Assembly (NCBI GenBank): GCA_043228905.1
Contig: JBHGNT010000008.1
Coordinates: forward strand, 1,674,001 to 1,738,000
Length of the DNA: 64,000 bases
Direction of reading: 5' to 3'
Source of the DNA: Azolla caroliniana
Lineage: Eukaryota > Plantae > Polypodiophyta
Of this stretch, positions 26,506 through 39,494 are shown piece by piece (position 1 is the first letter of the stretch; the number at the start of each line of letters is the position of its first letter). A program made the translations under genes and the position numbers. Below the pieces are notes generated by a model. That model saw nothing but the letters and a program-made list of their open reading frames with translations. It was not told the DNA's origin and did not search any database.

Positions 26506-28382
26506 ATATGTACATGGCTTGATCTCCATCAAATGGTCTAAACAATCGCCGCCACTGCCACCGCCGCCGCCATCCGCTAGAATCGAAAGGCTGAAGTACA
26601 AATTTAGAATTGGAGAATAGTTGGATTGCAAGTAAAAGGATTCAAGAAGGAGAAGAGGGGCATATAGAAAATTACAATAACTCGAGGGCACGCACTCGAA
26701 TTTTAGAAGCTCGAGGGTAGTAGAGAAGATTTCCAAAACCGGAGGATACCTAATAAAATTCTAAAAACGTGAGGGTAAAAATTAGAATTTTAAACTAAGG
26801 GGTACAAATCGTGAAATTTCGAAAACACAACTCACATGATAAAAGAAAGAATACACAAACGCACAACACGATTTCACAACCCATGCCACATTGAACTAGT
26901 CGATTGGTGTATGATCCAATCGCGACTTGTGCTGACCGAACGAGAAGGTTCGAGTCAAGAAAAGCTCCAATCGAAGTTATCAATCGTAGAGCAGTGATCC
27001 GGTCGAGGGATTTCCGACCGTTGAGGTGACCGATGGAGTTCCGGTCGAGAAGAGTTGTCATGGAGAGTGGGTTCACTGTGCAATGCACTGTCCCACAGGC
27101 GTGCCATGTGTTACCCGTAAGAATATACGGGGAGACATAAGGGTATGTGTAATGATGTGTATAATATGAATGAGTGTGTGATGATGAACACATGCACATT
27201 TGTGTGCATGTGTACAAAGGTGAGAAAGTGGGTAAGTAATGTAACTCCCTACTTGTCTCATTCTTTATTTGTAACGTTTACCTCTTGTACTATATAAACC
27301 CCACCCATGGGGCATAATGAAAAGATAACTTTTTCCCTCTTAGTTTGGTGTCATTATTATTTTCACTCTCTCCTTCTCTCTCTTTTTCGTAACCCCCTTG
27401 GGGGGGGGTTGAAGCCATTCTAAGCTTTACCCCCCACCCCAACAACATTTAGTATGCATGCAAATTTTTTCCAATGCCTTCATAAGGTTTTGTGCATCTC
27501 CTAAAGTATTTGCAAAAAACATTACATCATTTGCATATAGCAAAAGCATAATCACAACATTCCCAATGCCAACTTCTTCAATACATTCTTCCTTTGAAAA
27601 CTTGGTAACCATTTCTTCCAATTCATCAATGCATAGACCAAATAGTGTTGGTGAGAGTGGGCATCCTTGCTTAACACCAATAGTGCTTTTGAAAAAATCT
27701 GAAAGTTGATCTGTCATGCGTACACAACATATAACCTTCTCATAAATTCGGGAAATTGCAAGCATATATTCACTTGACACCTCAAGTTCTTCCATTCGCC
27801 TCCAAAGATGCTCACGAGGTACCATATCGAAAGCTTTCTTGAAGTTTGCAAAGTAACAATATAAACCTTTACCTCTAAGGCAACTTTCCTCCATTAATAC
27901 TTGAAGGGTGACAAGGTGATCAATGGTGCTATGGTGTTTTCGAAATCCAACTTGTCCATAAGCTCTCGTACCATTTTTTTAGCCCATACACTTATCTTTG
28001 ATTCCATTATACATCCAAATAGTTTTGCCATTAATGAGCCAACCATGATGGTTCCATAGTAACTGTTTACATTATTTACATCTCCACCTTTATGTAAAGG
28101 TTTGATCCAATTTGTAGTCCAATCGTATGACATAGTACCATGTTGCAATGCATCATTAAACATATCGCTTATCCATACATGTGCTTCCTTTCCCGTCCAT
28201 TTGAGCATTTCAGCCTTTATACATTGAAGATCGCTTGCCTTTCGAGAGGCCAATTTCTTAAGTCCTATGCATATATCTTCAATTGTAAAGATGAGACACA
28301 TATGTGAAAGAGAACCATAACACATCATCTTTCCAGCAAGAGATACCTCATATAAATTCTTACTATGCATAGACAAGTCGTG

Positions 28383-28441
<59 letters not shown>

Positions 28442-28462
28442 GGAGATACAGAAAGCTTTTTT

Positions 28463-31400
28463 TGACGGGAACTCAAGGCTCCTTATGTCCAACACTCGGC
28501 CACAACCGAGCTTCTTTTCATACGCAGAAAACAGGAAACAAATGCACGACACAGTGGAGAAGAAAAATAATAGTACACAGGAGGTTTACGTGGAAAACCC
28601 CAAACTAGGGGAAAAACCACGGCAGCCCACAGGCTGCAAACTGTCACTATGTGAGAATGTACAACAGTGAGTTCACTGAGGCAACGACCTCGTGCTCACA
28701 GATCTTCGCCACACGCGGCGGTTACAACAGAGGCAACGACCTCTTTCTCTCTCTCTCTGTACACTATTACGTGCTCTCTCTTCTTCTTGCACCAACAAAG
28801 GAAAAATGACAACAACAACAGTTACTAAAAGTTTGCCCTAAGTCATATTTATACTAATATGATTTTTCGGCTATTTACAAATGTAGCCTCAATGGGCTCT
28901 CAAAAACATATTTACGAATATGTCTCTTCATCCGGTTCTCACCGGGTCTGTACCCTCGGGCTCTCCGTAGCCGGGTACTCCTCATCCGGTTCATACCGGG
29001 CCTGCACCATCCAGCTCTCCGTAGCCGGGTATTCCTCATCCGGTTCATACCGGGCCTGCACCATCCGGCTCTCCGTAGCCGGGTACTCCTCATCCGGTTC
29101 ATACCGGGCCTGCACCATCCGGCTCTCCGTAGCCGGGTACTCCTCATCTGGTTCATATCGGGCCTGCACCATCCGGCTCTCCGTAGCCGGGTCCTCCTCA
29201 TACGGTTTCGGCCTCGGCCGAGTTTGTTCATCGGCACTGTTCTTCTTCCTTCCCATCCGGAGGGACCTGTTTCCCAACAAACTCCCCCTTCACTCCGGCA
29301 TGGGGTGTCTTACCAGCTCGATCTTCTTCCGGCATGCGTTCAGCTTGTCGGGTGTCAACACTTGGGTCAGCATATCTGACCCATTCTCGGTCGTGTGGAT
29401 CTTCGTCAATGCGAACTCCTGGTCATCTACTCTTTCCCGGATCCAGTGATACCTCCGCTGGATATGCTTCGTCCGGGAATGGTAGGCCGCATTCTTAACA
29501 AGGTGGATGGCACTTTGATTGTCGCAATAGAGTCGGTATTCCTCTTGCCGTTTACCGAGCTCTCCGATGAAGTCCTTCATCCATAAAATTTCCTTGCCGG
29601 CTTCCACAGCCGCCATGTACTCCGCCTCCGTGGTTGACAATGCAACCGTCTTCTACAGCCTCGACTGCCACGAAATAACTCCCCCTGCATATGTCATTAC
29701 ATACCCGGATGTAGACCGGCTGGTATCCACATCAGCCGACATGTCCGAATCGGTGAAACCGTCCAGTTGAGGTTTTCCGGAGCCAAATCGGAGACACATA
29801 TTTGAAGTGCCCTTCAAATACCGGAGTATCCATTTGACCGCGTTCCAGTGCTCCTTGCCGGGATTGCTCATAAACCGGCTCACCACTCCGACTGCGTATC
29901 CTATGTCCGGTCGAGTAGAAACCATTGCGTACATCAAGCTCCCGACGGTAGAGGCATATGGAATCTTCATCATATCCGCCTTCTCTGCTTTCATCTTTGG
30001 ACTTTGGTTACCGGACAGCTTGCAGTTTGCCGGAAGTGTCGATCCGACCAGTTTTGCTTCTGACATGTTGAACCGGTGAAGCACCTTTGTCACATACTTC
30101 TCCTGTGACAACCATAATTGCTTCACTGACCGGTCCCGAATGATGTGCATCCCCAACATCTGTCTTGCCGGACCCAAGTCTTTCATTGAGAAGGTTCGGT
30201 TGAGAGCCTTCTTCAGCATCCGTATTTTGCCTTGGTCTCGTCCGACGATCAACATGTCATCCACATATAGGAGGAGTATCAGGAAGTCCTCTCCTTCGAA
30301 CTTCTTCACAAACACGCAGTGATTGGCCTGCGTCTTGTGGTACCCTTGATCGGTCATGAAGGAGTCGAACTTCCGGTACCATTGCCGGGGAGCCTGCTTC
30401 AGTCCGTACAGGCTCTTCTTCAACCGGCATACCAGGTGCTCCTTCCCTTTCTCCACAAATCCTTCCGGTTGCTGCATGTAGATCTCCTCTTCGAGGTCGC
30501 CGTGAAGGAATGCCGTCTTCACGTACAGCTGCTCTACCTCGAGGTCCATGCTTGCTGCTATACTCAGCACCATCCGGATGGAGGTCATCTTTACTACCGG
30601 GACAAATATCTCGTCGAAGTCCACGCCCTTCTTCTGCTGGAACCCCTTCACCACGATCCTGGCTTTGTATCTCGGGGGGTTACCGGCATCTCCCGGTTTC
30701 AACTTGTACACCCACTTGTTTCGGAGTGCTCGCTTTCCTTTCGGCAACTCCACCAATTCGTACGTATGGTTCTCATGTAAGGAATCCATCTCATCCGGCA
30801 TGGCACTTAACCATTTTTGGTTGTGGGTGTCTTCCTTCGCTTCTTCGAAACTTTCCGGCTCCCCCTCATCGGTCAGCAGAACATGCTCTGCATCCGGAAA
30901 TCTTCGGGGCGCCCTTCTCTCTCTGAGAGGATATCTACGTCTTCGGGCTTCGGTAACCGGCTCCTCCATTTTCTCTTCATCCGAATCCGATTCAGGGTCT
31001 TTGCCGGTTCCGGTCTCAGCTTCCTCTACTTCTTCTTCTGCCGGTTCGGTATCCTCACCGTAACCGGCTGGTTCCTCGAGTTCTAACCGGTCTCTTGCCG
31101 GTTGGGTCTGCTCATCGTAGAGTCGATCCTTACCAGTCAACTCGGAGTTCATTATCTTCTTCTCCGACTCCCAGTCGGCGAGCGTCTTGTCCTCCATGAA
31201 GATAATATCTCGACTCCGGAATACCTTCTTGTCAACCGGGTCCCACACTCGGTAGCTGAACTCATCGTCACCGTAACCGAGGAATATGCATGGCCGGGTC
31301 TTTGGATCTAGCTTTCCTCTCCGGTCCTTAGCTACATGCACATACGCGAGACACCCGAACACCTTCAGATGCCGGTAGGATACTTCCTTACCGGTCCACA

Positions 31401-34217
31401 CTCTCTGTGGCGTGTCTCCGTCCAAGGGTACTGAGGGTGATCTATTTATCACGTATGTCGTCGTCGACAATTCCTCAGCCCAAAACTTCTTGGGTAGTTT
31501 TGCATGCGCTAGCATACTCCGGACCCTCTCCATTATGGTCCGGTTCATCCTCTCGGCCAGTCCGTTTAGTTCCGGCGTCTTCGGCACGGTAAATTCGAGC
31601 CGGATTCCCTTCGAGTGGCAGTACTCCTCGAACTGCCCCCGGTATTCTCCTCCGTTGTCTGCTCGAACCGCCTTCAGCTTCCGGCCGGTTTCTCTTTCCA
31701 CTCTCGCGTGGAGCTCTTTGAAGACGGATAACACCTGATCCTTCGTCTTCAGCGGTGTGGCCCACAACTTCCGGCTGTGGTCATCTATGAACGTCACGAA
31801 GTACTGTGCTCCGGCATGTGACTTCGTGTCTACTTGACACACATCCGTATGCACCAACTCCAGTGGTGCATTACGTCTCATCGGTGCCCTTGGTCGGAAG
31901 GAGGTCCGGTTCTGCTTACCGGCCAGACAATCAGTGCACTTCTCTAAGTGCACGTTCTTCACTGGAATGAGGTTGTCGTCTGCAAGCCTCTTCATCCCCT
32001 TCTCGCTCATATGACACAACATCTTGTGCCACAGCTCACCGGTAGTGTCAGATGCCACGTTCACTTCTTCCGGACATAACCGGGCATTCATCAGGTACAA
32101 CGTGTTGACCTTCTGGGCCCGAGCCACAATCCGGCTCCCTTTGTTCAACTTCATGACCCCGTTCCGGATGCTACCCGTGTAGCCTTCATCATCTAGCCGA
32201 CCGACTGATATCAGGTTCAGACGAACCTCCGGAACGTGTCGGACATCCTTCAACAGCAACTTGCATCCTGTTGGTGTTGACAGCCACACGTCTCCTATGC
32301 CGATAATTCGGCATGTACCTTCATTTCCCATCCGGACACAACCGTGGTCACCGGCTAAGTAGGATGAGAAGCATTTCCGGTCCGGGGTAAGGTGGAACGA
32401 CGCTCCGGAGTCTACCACCCAGGTCATCTCGTCGCCGGCAAGGTTTATCTCACTCTCATCGGTGATGAGCATCAACTCTTCTTCACTTGCTGCGATTGCC
32501 GTCGTTCCCTTCCGGTCCATCCCCTTCCGGTCTTTACCGTTCCGGTCCGGGGTTTGCTTCGAATCGGTACGGTCGGTTTCCTTGTCTTTACGGAAATGCC
32601 GACAGTTCTTTTGGAAGTGTCCCGGCTTGCCGCAATAGAAGCAAGTAGGCCTCCCCCTTGACTTTGACCGTGTCCCCGACTTCTCCCGGTTCTGAGGACT
32701 ACGGTTTCTATGTCTTTCGCGTTCAGATTCGGTAAGGAGCGCTTTGGAGTCGGAGCTCGTATCTTTATCCTTCCGATGCGCCTCCTCATCTAGCAAGCTC
32801 GACTTTACTCTTGCTAGGGATAACCATTTTCCTTCCGGCCCGGCGTTGCCCAAAGTGACAACCAACGTCTCCCAGCTATCCGGGAGGGAACCGAGTAGGA
32901 GTAGCGCTAATACCTCATCGGCAAGAGGTACTTCCAATGACGTTGCCTGGTGTATCAGCCCCTGGAAGGCATTCATATGCTCCGCCATGCTGGAGCCATC
33001 TTGGTACCGGAGTCTTACTAGCTTCCGGAATACCGAAACCTGATTAACAACATTTTTGTTTTGAAACATTATGCCGATCTTCTCCCAGAGCTCATGAGCC
33101 TTGCTGTCTTCATTGAAGTTGTTGTACAGGCTCATGTCGATGAAGCACCGTATGTACGCCGTTGTCTTCATGTGCATCACCTCCCATATCGTGGCGTCGA
33201 TTTTGTCCGGTCTCTTGTCCCCGAACTGAACCGGCAACCAGAGGTCTTTAACAACGAGCATGTCCCTCATCTTCGACTTCCATACTGAATAGTTGGAGCC
33301 GGTGAGCTTGAACATGCCGCCAAATGATTCGTCCATTTTCCGTGTCAACCTCGCTCTGATACCACTTGACGGGAACTCAAGGCTCCTTATGTCCAACACT
33401 CGGCCACAACCGAGCTTCTTTTCATACGCAGAAAATGGGAAACAAATGCACGACACAGTGGAGAAGAAAAATAATAGTACACAGGAGGTTTACGTGGAAA
33501 ACCCCAAACTAGGGGAAAAACCACGGCAGCCCACAGGCTGCAAACTGTCACTATGTGAGAATGTACAACAGTGAGTTCACTGAGGCAACGACCTCGTGCT
33601 CACAGATCTTCGCCACACACGACGGTTACAACAGAGGCAACGACCTCTTTCTCTCTCTCTCTGTACACTATTACGTGCTCTCTCTTCTTCTTGCACCAAC
33701 AAAGGAAAAATGACAACAACAACAGTTACTAAAAGTTTTCCCTAAGTCATATTTATACTAATATGACTTTTCGGCTATTTACAAATGTAGCCTCGATGGG
33801 CTCTCAGAAACATATTTACGAATATGTCTCTTCATCCGGTTCTCACCGGGTCTGTACTATCCGGCTCTCCGTAGCCGGATACTCCTCATCCGGTTCATAC
33901 CGAGCCTGCACCATCCGGCTCTCCGTAGCCGGGTACTCCTCATCCGGTTCATACGGGGCCTGCACCATCCGGCTCTCCGTAGCCGGGTACTCCTCATCCG
34001 GTTCATACCGGGCCTGCACCATCCGGCTCTCCGTAGCCGGGTACTCCTCATCCGGTTCATACCGGGCCTGCACCATCCGGCTCTCCGTAGCCGGGTACTC
34101 CTCATCTGGTTCATACCGGGTCTGTACCATCCGGCTCTCCGTAGCTGGGTCCTCATACGGTTTGTTCATCGGCACTGTTCTTCTTCCTTCCCATCCGGAG
34201 GGACCTGTTTCCCAACT
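28463..34217 (-). mobile_element. Ty1/copia LTR retrotransposon (element C4), near-intact, inserted in the C5 3' LTR
   Basis: LTRs 28463-29279 and 33367-34217; PBS 33353-33364 (-); PPT 29280-29290; TSD TTTTT. Same family as C3. Confidence 0.95.
29290..33336 (-). pseudogene. copia Gag-Pol polyprotein of C4 with a single in-frame stop (29653-29655)
   Basis: Continuous ORF from MDESFGG through CFYCGKPGH, WVVDSGAS, HTDVC, YGLKQAPRQW and YVDDML to ...WQSRL*. RNase H continues in frame to 29290. Confidence 0.93.
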
Positions 34218-35189
34218 TTTTTGTTGTAACCGCCGGTTGCCGAAGGTAGTGAAGGTAGAGCTCGAGGTCGTTGCCTCTGAATCTTACATTGTCGTACCTC
34301 TTCTCTATAGTGATCCTGTTCGGAGTTCTAAGAACTCCCGTGGTTTTGCCTCTTGAGGGTTTCCATGTTAATACTATGTGCCGTCTTATTTCTGTTTATT
34401 TATTTTCTTCCATTGAGCGAGTGAGACTCGGTTGTGGCCGAGCACTCTTACACACACTTATGCGCTTCACTATCCTTTCTCCATCCCTATATTTCAGCCT
34501 TACAATCTTTCTCATCAGAGATGTTTTGTTGAGGGCATTCTTTCTCTTATATAGACCTGACAGCTTCTACCACATCTCGTAGGCATTTGTGTCATTCGCC
34601 ACATGTTGAAGGACACTTACATCGACGCACTGTCTGATGGTGGCCACCACCTTTCTGTTTAGAAGTTTCCATTCAGACTCTAATACCCCGTTGGGTATTT
34701 CTGCTCTGTCAATGGGCTCATACAAGTCTTTTACTATGAGAAGGTCTTCCATCTTTATCTTCTAGTCTACATAGTTCTATCAGTTTAGAACTATCATAGC
34801 TGGAAAACCGCTAACACCTCCTTCCAGCTTTCACCTCGATGGTCTGATGCTAGTTTGTTACGATGGGATCGTAGATTTACAAACAAGATATGCTGAAATG
34901 TACAGATAGAATGCAAAGTGCATAGAGACACACTGAGTTTTACGTGGAAGCCCTAGTAATGGAAAACCATGGGAGCAGAGATTCCACTATACAAGAGAAT
35001 ACATAAACGGTTATAGAACTTCTCTGATGATCTTAGAGGATAACCCACTTAGGGTTCTTGGCAGGTTTGCAAACTCTATCGCCGCTCTCTCTCACACACT
35101 CTGTACACAGCGCTTCGCGGTGTTCTACACTATTCTCCTCTCTATCTCACCTAAAGTTTGCCTTAGGTCTCACCTACAGTTTTAGGTAT

Positions 35190-36840
35190 TCGAGTAGTTG
35201 CAAGATCTGGAAAAAAATGGTTCTTGGATCTAGCCTTTCAAGAAGGCTTGCGGTGTTGTTCATTGTGGGTTTTTCAAAGAAAATCGCTTTACAATTTGGA
35301 TTGGGATCCAACTAATTATCAATGGAAAAAGCCGAGTGCTGGTGGAAATGGTAAACATTTGGAGTTTTTCCAATATTCAGTTAAGCTAGGTAGAAATTTT
35401 TTGTTGCAATTAGAGTATAAATGCCCTATTTCCATGAAGCATTGGATTGCAAATAATGTGAATGCATTGCAACTTACCAAATTTTGGAAATGATTGTGGA
35501 GTATGCAGTTGCCGAAAAAAGTGATTTGTTTTCGTTGGCTATTGCTGCACTATGCTCTTCCGGTTGGTGATTGGTTGAGGCAAAATCAGCCATATGCTTG
35601 TGGAATGCATTGTGGTGTATCAATGGAATCTATGTTGCATTTGTTTTCGTTATGTCCCAGGAGCAAGCAATTTTGGAGTAAGTTGTTTTTATTGCTGAGA
35701 CACCATTATTCTCATTCTATTTACTCGTGGTGCAGTATTTTGGGTTGTCCTTCATGGATACATTATGAAGTATGAAAGTAGGCATGCTTCTCATGTCTTT
35801 CATTTTTCCCATGGGCACCTCTATATCACTTCATTTTCATCTTCTATTCCACAGTTTAGAATTGAAAATCTGGTTATTTGGTGTACTATTGCATCATTAG
35901 TTCTTTGGATAATATGGAAGGCGAGATGTGATGTCGTTTTTAATAATGCTTACATACATATCCGCGCCATGCTTATTGAATTCTGGCTATTATTTGTCCA
36001 TACACTATGTGGTCAATATGATGATCTACATGGTTCAGTTGATGTTCTATGGCAACGTCAAGTGGACATTAAGAAACGATGGCAAAGGTTTCACTTATTT
36101 TCAAAGACAACTTTTGGTCTGAGATGGAATTATGCATACCTTCTTTTTTGTTGCATAGGTTGTAGTTTGTGCTCCACTTGTTTCTGTTAGGAATCGACCG
36201 GCCACAACCCGTTACACATTCGTATTCGTGTGCAGAAATCAAGAACTAGTACGCAGACAGAAAAATGTGAAGACACAGAGACATCGATATTTTATGAGGA
36301 AAACCTGAAATGGGAAAAAACACGGGGGTCCACAAACCCCGAGAAAATAGGTAACTATAGTAGAGAGGAAGTATAAATACGGAACTTGGAGGCAGCAACC
36401 TCGAGTTCTGCTTCGTTTGACAGACGACTACAAAGTTACACTCTCACTCTCTTACTCACAGTTGAAGAGGCAACTACCTCATTCTAACTATACAATAATG
36501 ATCACTTAACTCTCTTATAAAGTTTGCCCTAGTTGCTTATAAACAAAAGCAATTTTTTGGCTATTTACAGGTATAGTCCACAAGGGCATTTTAGACTATT
36601 TACAATTATAGTCTTCCAAAACGATTTTGGTTTTCAATTCGACTTCGATTTCCGATTTCGGTTTCGGTTTTGGTTTTGGTTTTGGACTATGATATCATCT
36701 GTTTGATCAGATGTTGGTATTAGCCTTTGTATCACAATAAAGGTGAGACGAAATGTCTCCTTTTGTTTTCTATATGTACATTTCTCAAGTAATATACTAA
36801 GGTGTATCTTTCTTTAAAATAAAATAAATTTTTTTTTCCC
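35190..36840 (+). mobile_element. L1-type LINE 3' fragment (zf-RVT region) inserted in the C6 5' LTR
   Basis: LPKKVICFRWLLLHYALP, C..CG.SMESMLHLFSLCPRSKQFW and LWIIWKARC are typical of the plant L1 ORF2 C-terminus. A-rich end at ~36816-36828. Confidence 0.75.
36185..36710 (-). mobile_element. copia-type solo LTR inside the L1 fragment (right boundary approximate)
   Basis: Starts TGTTAGG and shares GGCCACAACC, GAAAACC, GGCAGCAACCTC, AGTTTGCCCTAG and GGCTATTTACA with the C3/C4/C7 LTRs. No TSD confirmed. Confidence 0.6.
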
Positions 36841-39063
36841 TAATTGTATTTATACTTATACACACTATGGGCTATTTACAAATATGTCTAGTATTATTAT
36901 TGTCTGCTAATAACACTAACAATCCATAATCAACCAATTGATCAACTAGTCAATTCAACTAGTCGGGTCTAGTGTTGACTGAGCGACTAGTCGATCAATT
37001 ATTCCGCCTTGTCGTCGACCCTCTAGTCGGCCCGACTAGTTGGTCTTGTCTTTGACTTGGATCGTCTACTGTTGACTGTCTCTTAGTTGACTCACCCAGT
37101 CAACTCTCATTGTCTTCAATTGTCGGCTCTCTACCCGACTAGTCGGTTACTCCTTGTCTTCGAACGTTGGATCTCGGGCCAACCAGTCGGCTCCTCCCAT
37201 AGAAGGGACATATTCCTAACACTTTAGTAGTCTCATCATTCAAGGGAGATAAGAAAGAAAGTACCAAGGAGGCCATCAACATTTGGCTTGGTCGTTGGGA
37301 GTCTCACTTTTAGCTTCATCCCAAATCAGAAGTTGTAAACATTGGTTATGTCAGCCATGAGTTCGGTGGCCAAGCTGATGCTTGGTGGCGTGGCCTAAGG
37401 ACTGCAAAGAACTTACCCACAACTTGGGAAGGTTTCGTCAATGTTTTCAAGAAACGGTTCTTGCAGCCACCTTCTCAAATCGAACAAGCGCAACACTTGA
37501 TCACGTTGTTGAGTAAGCCATTTACCTCTCTCGAGGATTATGTGCATCGTGCTTCGACCCAAATCCAAAAATTGGGACTCACGGGTGAGAAATGGTTTGT
37601 CGCTTGTTTTTTGAATGGTATTCCCAATGGCAATTGCCATTGAATCTTCCATGACAAGGACCCCGCAACTTTTGAGGAAGCAGTCAACATTGTATTCCGG
37701 TACCATAGGACTTCCAAGAAAGACTACAATAAACCTGAGTTCGCCAAATCTCCGGATGTCAAGTTCATTGGGAAATGTAAGCAATCTAGTGACATTCTTG
37801 ACCGTGACTCAAAGAAATTGAACCTCTTTTGTGTGTATTGCAAGAAGCAGGGCCACACAAAGGATAGTTGTCGTCATCTTGAGAGAAGTCAATGAACAAC
37901 CCTACTCAGGACAAATCTATGAGTCACACGTGTGAGGCTTTTGATGTTATTGAAGTTCATACCAACCATTTAAGTTCATGTGAATGCACTTTTCCTTCAC
38001 ATTTACTTGGACCTAATGATTTACTTCGACCACTCGGGTATATCAATGGAACACAAGCACATTTCTTGTTTAATTCAGGTAGTTCTCACGGTTTTCTTAA
38101 TGATCACTTGGTGCAACAAATGCAACTCCACATAAACGCAAGTGATCATATCTAAACATTTTATTCAATGTGTTGTTGGGGTGGGGGGTGAAGCCATTCT
38201 ATAGCTTCACCCCCCTGCCAAGGGGGTTACATGTGTGCGAAAGAGAGAAGTAAAGAAAAATTGAGAATGACACAAAAATGTGAGGGGAAAAATGTCTTTT
38301 CATTACATGCCCATAAGGGGTTTATATAATACATCTAATGTAACGGTTACATGACCATTATAAATAAGACCGTTACACATTCTTGTACACATGCACATAA
38401 TTGTGCATGTGTCCATACACATACTCACACACTCATTTACTTTACACATACACATTAACCACACCATTACACCTACCCTTATGCCTCCCCGTATATTCTT
38501 ATAGGTAGCACATGGCACGCCTGTGGGACAGTGCCTTGCACGGTGAACCCAATCGCCATGGCAACTCTTCTCGATCGGAACTCCATCGATCGTCTCAATG
38601 GTCGGAAATCCCTTGACCGGATCACTGCTCTATGATCGATAACTTCGATCAGAGCTTTGCTTGACTCGAACCTTCTTGTTGAGTCAGCATAAGTCGCAAT
38701 TGGATCATACACCAATCAACTAGTTCAATGTGGCATGGGTCGTGAAATCGTGTTGTGCGTTTGTGTATTTTTTATTTCATAATGTGAGTTGTGATTTCGA
38801 CATTTCATGATTTGTACCCCTCAGTTTTTTTTTTCTTAAAATTATATTAAGTACCCTCCGGTTTTAGAAATTTTATGTCCTGCCCTTCTGTTCCCGAAAT
38901 TTGTTTGCGTGCCTTCAAGTTTCTGAAATTTTCTTCTTGCCCCTTTCTCTTTTCTTTCTTTTCGATTTTTGAAATTCCCTTGTTCACCCTTGGCATTTTG
39001 AAATTTGTCTTCTACCCTCGAGCTTTTGAAATTCGAGTGTGTGCCCTCAATTTTCTGAAATTT

Positions 39064-39473
39064 TGGAAGACCAACAGAAACCTCAAGGCCATAATCATCC
39101 GCAACTTGTTTCATAAGAGAGTTAACTTGATCTTCAGGGGTAGAAAGAGATGTGCTTCCAACCATGGCCTACTCAACAAACTCAGCCTGGACCTCCATAT
39201 TGACAAACGTCTGTTCAAACTAATCCATGGTCTGGGATATATCTTCTGGATATTTCCCAGAGCAAGGGCGTTATTGAGAGCTTTAACTATATCGGACATG
39301 GATTTGTTTATGGTCTGCATATTGCTCTGTGTGTTGAGGCGAAATATCACTGCGTCAAGGCGACATAATTCAACTGCTCATTTCTCTTACGAATTGTGCT
39401 CTTGGCGTAGATCCGAGCTCCATCCATGTTCCCTTTCTTGATGGCTTTCTTGACCTTGACCTTTTCGCTCTTC
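39064..39473 (-). pseudogene. CHMP1: captured ESCRT-III CHMP1/VPS46 coding fragment
   Basis: [23 protein letters not shown]...RLDAV...NKSMSDIVKAL...[32 protein letters not shown]; frameshifted, with no intron visible over ~410 bp. Confidence 0.9.
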
Positions 39474-39494
39474 TGTACAAGGTTGTTTGAGCCA

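Larger units (their letters stand above)
24463..27447 (+). mobile_element. non-autonomous LTR element, copy A (dual PBS, gene-fragment cargo)
   Basis: Direct LTRs 24463-24784 and 27109-27447 (TGTTACC...CAACAACA); perfect TSD TTTAG. Eroded PBS CTTT-TGGCA at 24785 and a tRNA-3'-like GTCCCACAGGCGTGCCA at 27090-27106. No gag/pol recognisable. Confidence 0.92.
23640..28360 (-). mobile_element. non-LTR retrotransposon (LINE) RT fragment, RTE/L2-like, interrupted by two LTR insertions
   Basis: Pieces 27448-28360 (FKKAFDMVPREHLW, GVKQGCPLSPTLF, LLYAND), 24230-24462 (KTKIM, ESFKYLG) and 23640-23811 (FDTLVSPVLLYGVEVWG) are collinear once the insertions are removed. Confidence 0.85.
22535..34456 (+). 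mobile_element. 3' part of copia element C5 (RT end, RNase H, PPT, interrupted 3' LTR), lying inside the inversion
   Basis: WTVVKWILRYLKG through RNase H at 22535-23090; PPT AAGGGGGAGTT ending at 23100. LTR pieces 23101-~23415, ~28390-28462 and 34218-34456 match the 45517-46078 LTR. Flank CTTAT (reverse complement ATAAG). Confidence 0.8.
34457..37221 (-). mobile_element. 5' part of copia element C6 (5' LTR and gag N-terminus), lying inside the inversion
   Basis: gag MEDLLIVKDLYEPIDR at 34567-34752; degenerate PBS ~34843-34853. LTR pieces 34856-~35168 and ~36846-37221 match the 49611 LTR (TGTTAGGAATATGTCCC). Confidence 0.85.

Noticed and set aside
28859-29449. Repeat-protein ORFs (SSSGSYRACTIRLSVAGY; YEPDEEYPATESRMVQAR; DEDPVPDP in C7)
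   Set aside because: These are by-products of the 54-bp and 27-bp LTR repeats, which are multiples of three and open in several frames.
30319-31738. Long antisense ORFs over copia pol (also 13155-13670 and 56913-58460)
   Set aside because: These are shadow ORFs of GC-rich coding sequence with no recognisable domain.
26281-39473. Functional host SAHH or CHMP1 genes
   Set aside because: Both are partial (CHMP1 is also frameshifted) and are enclosed by LTR pairs with TSDs.
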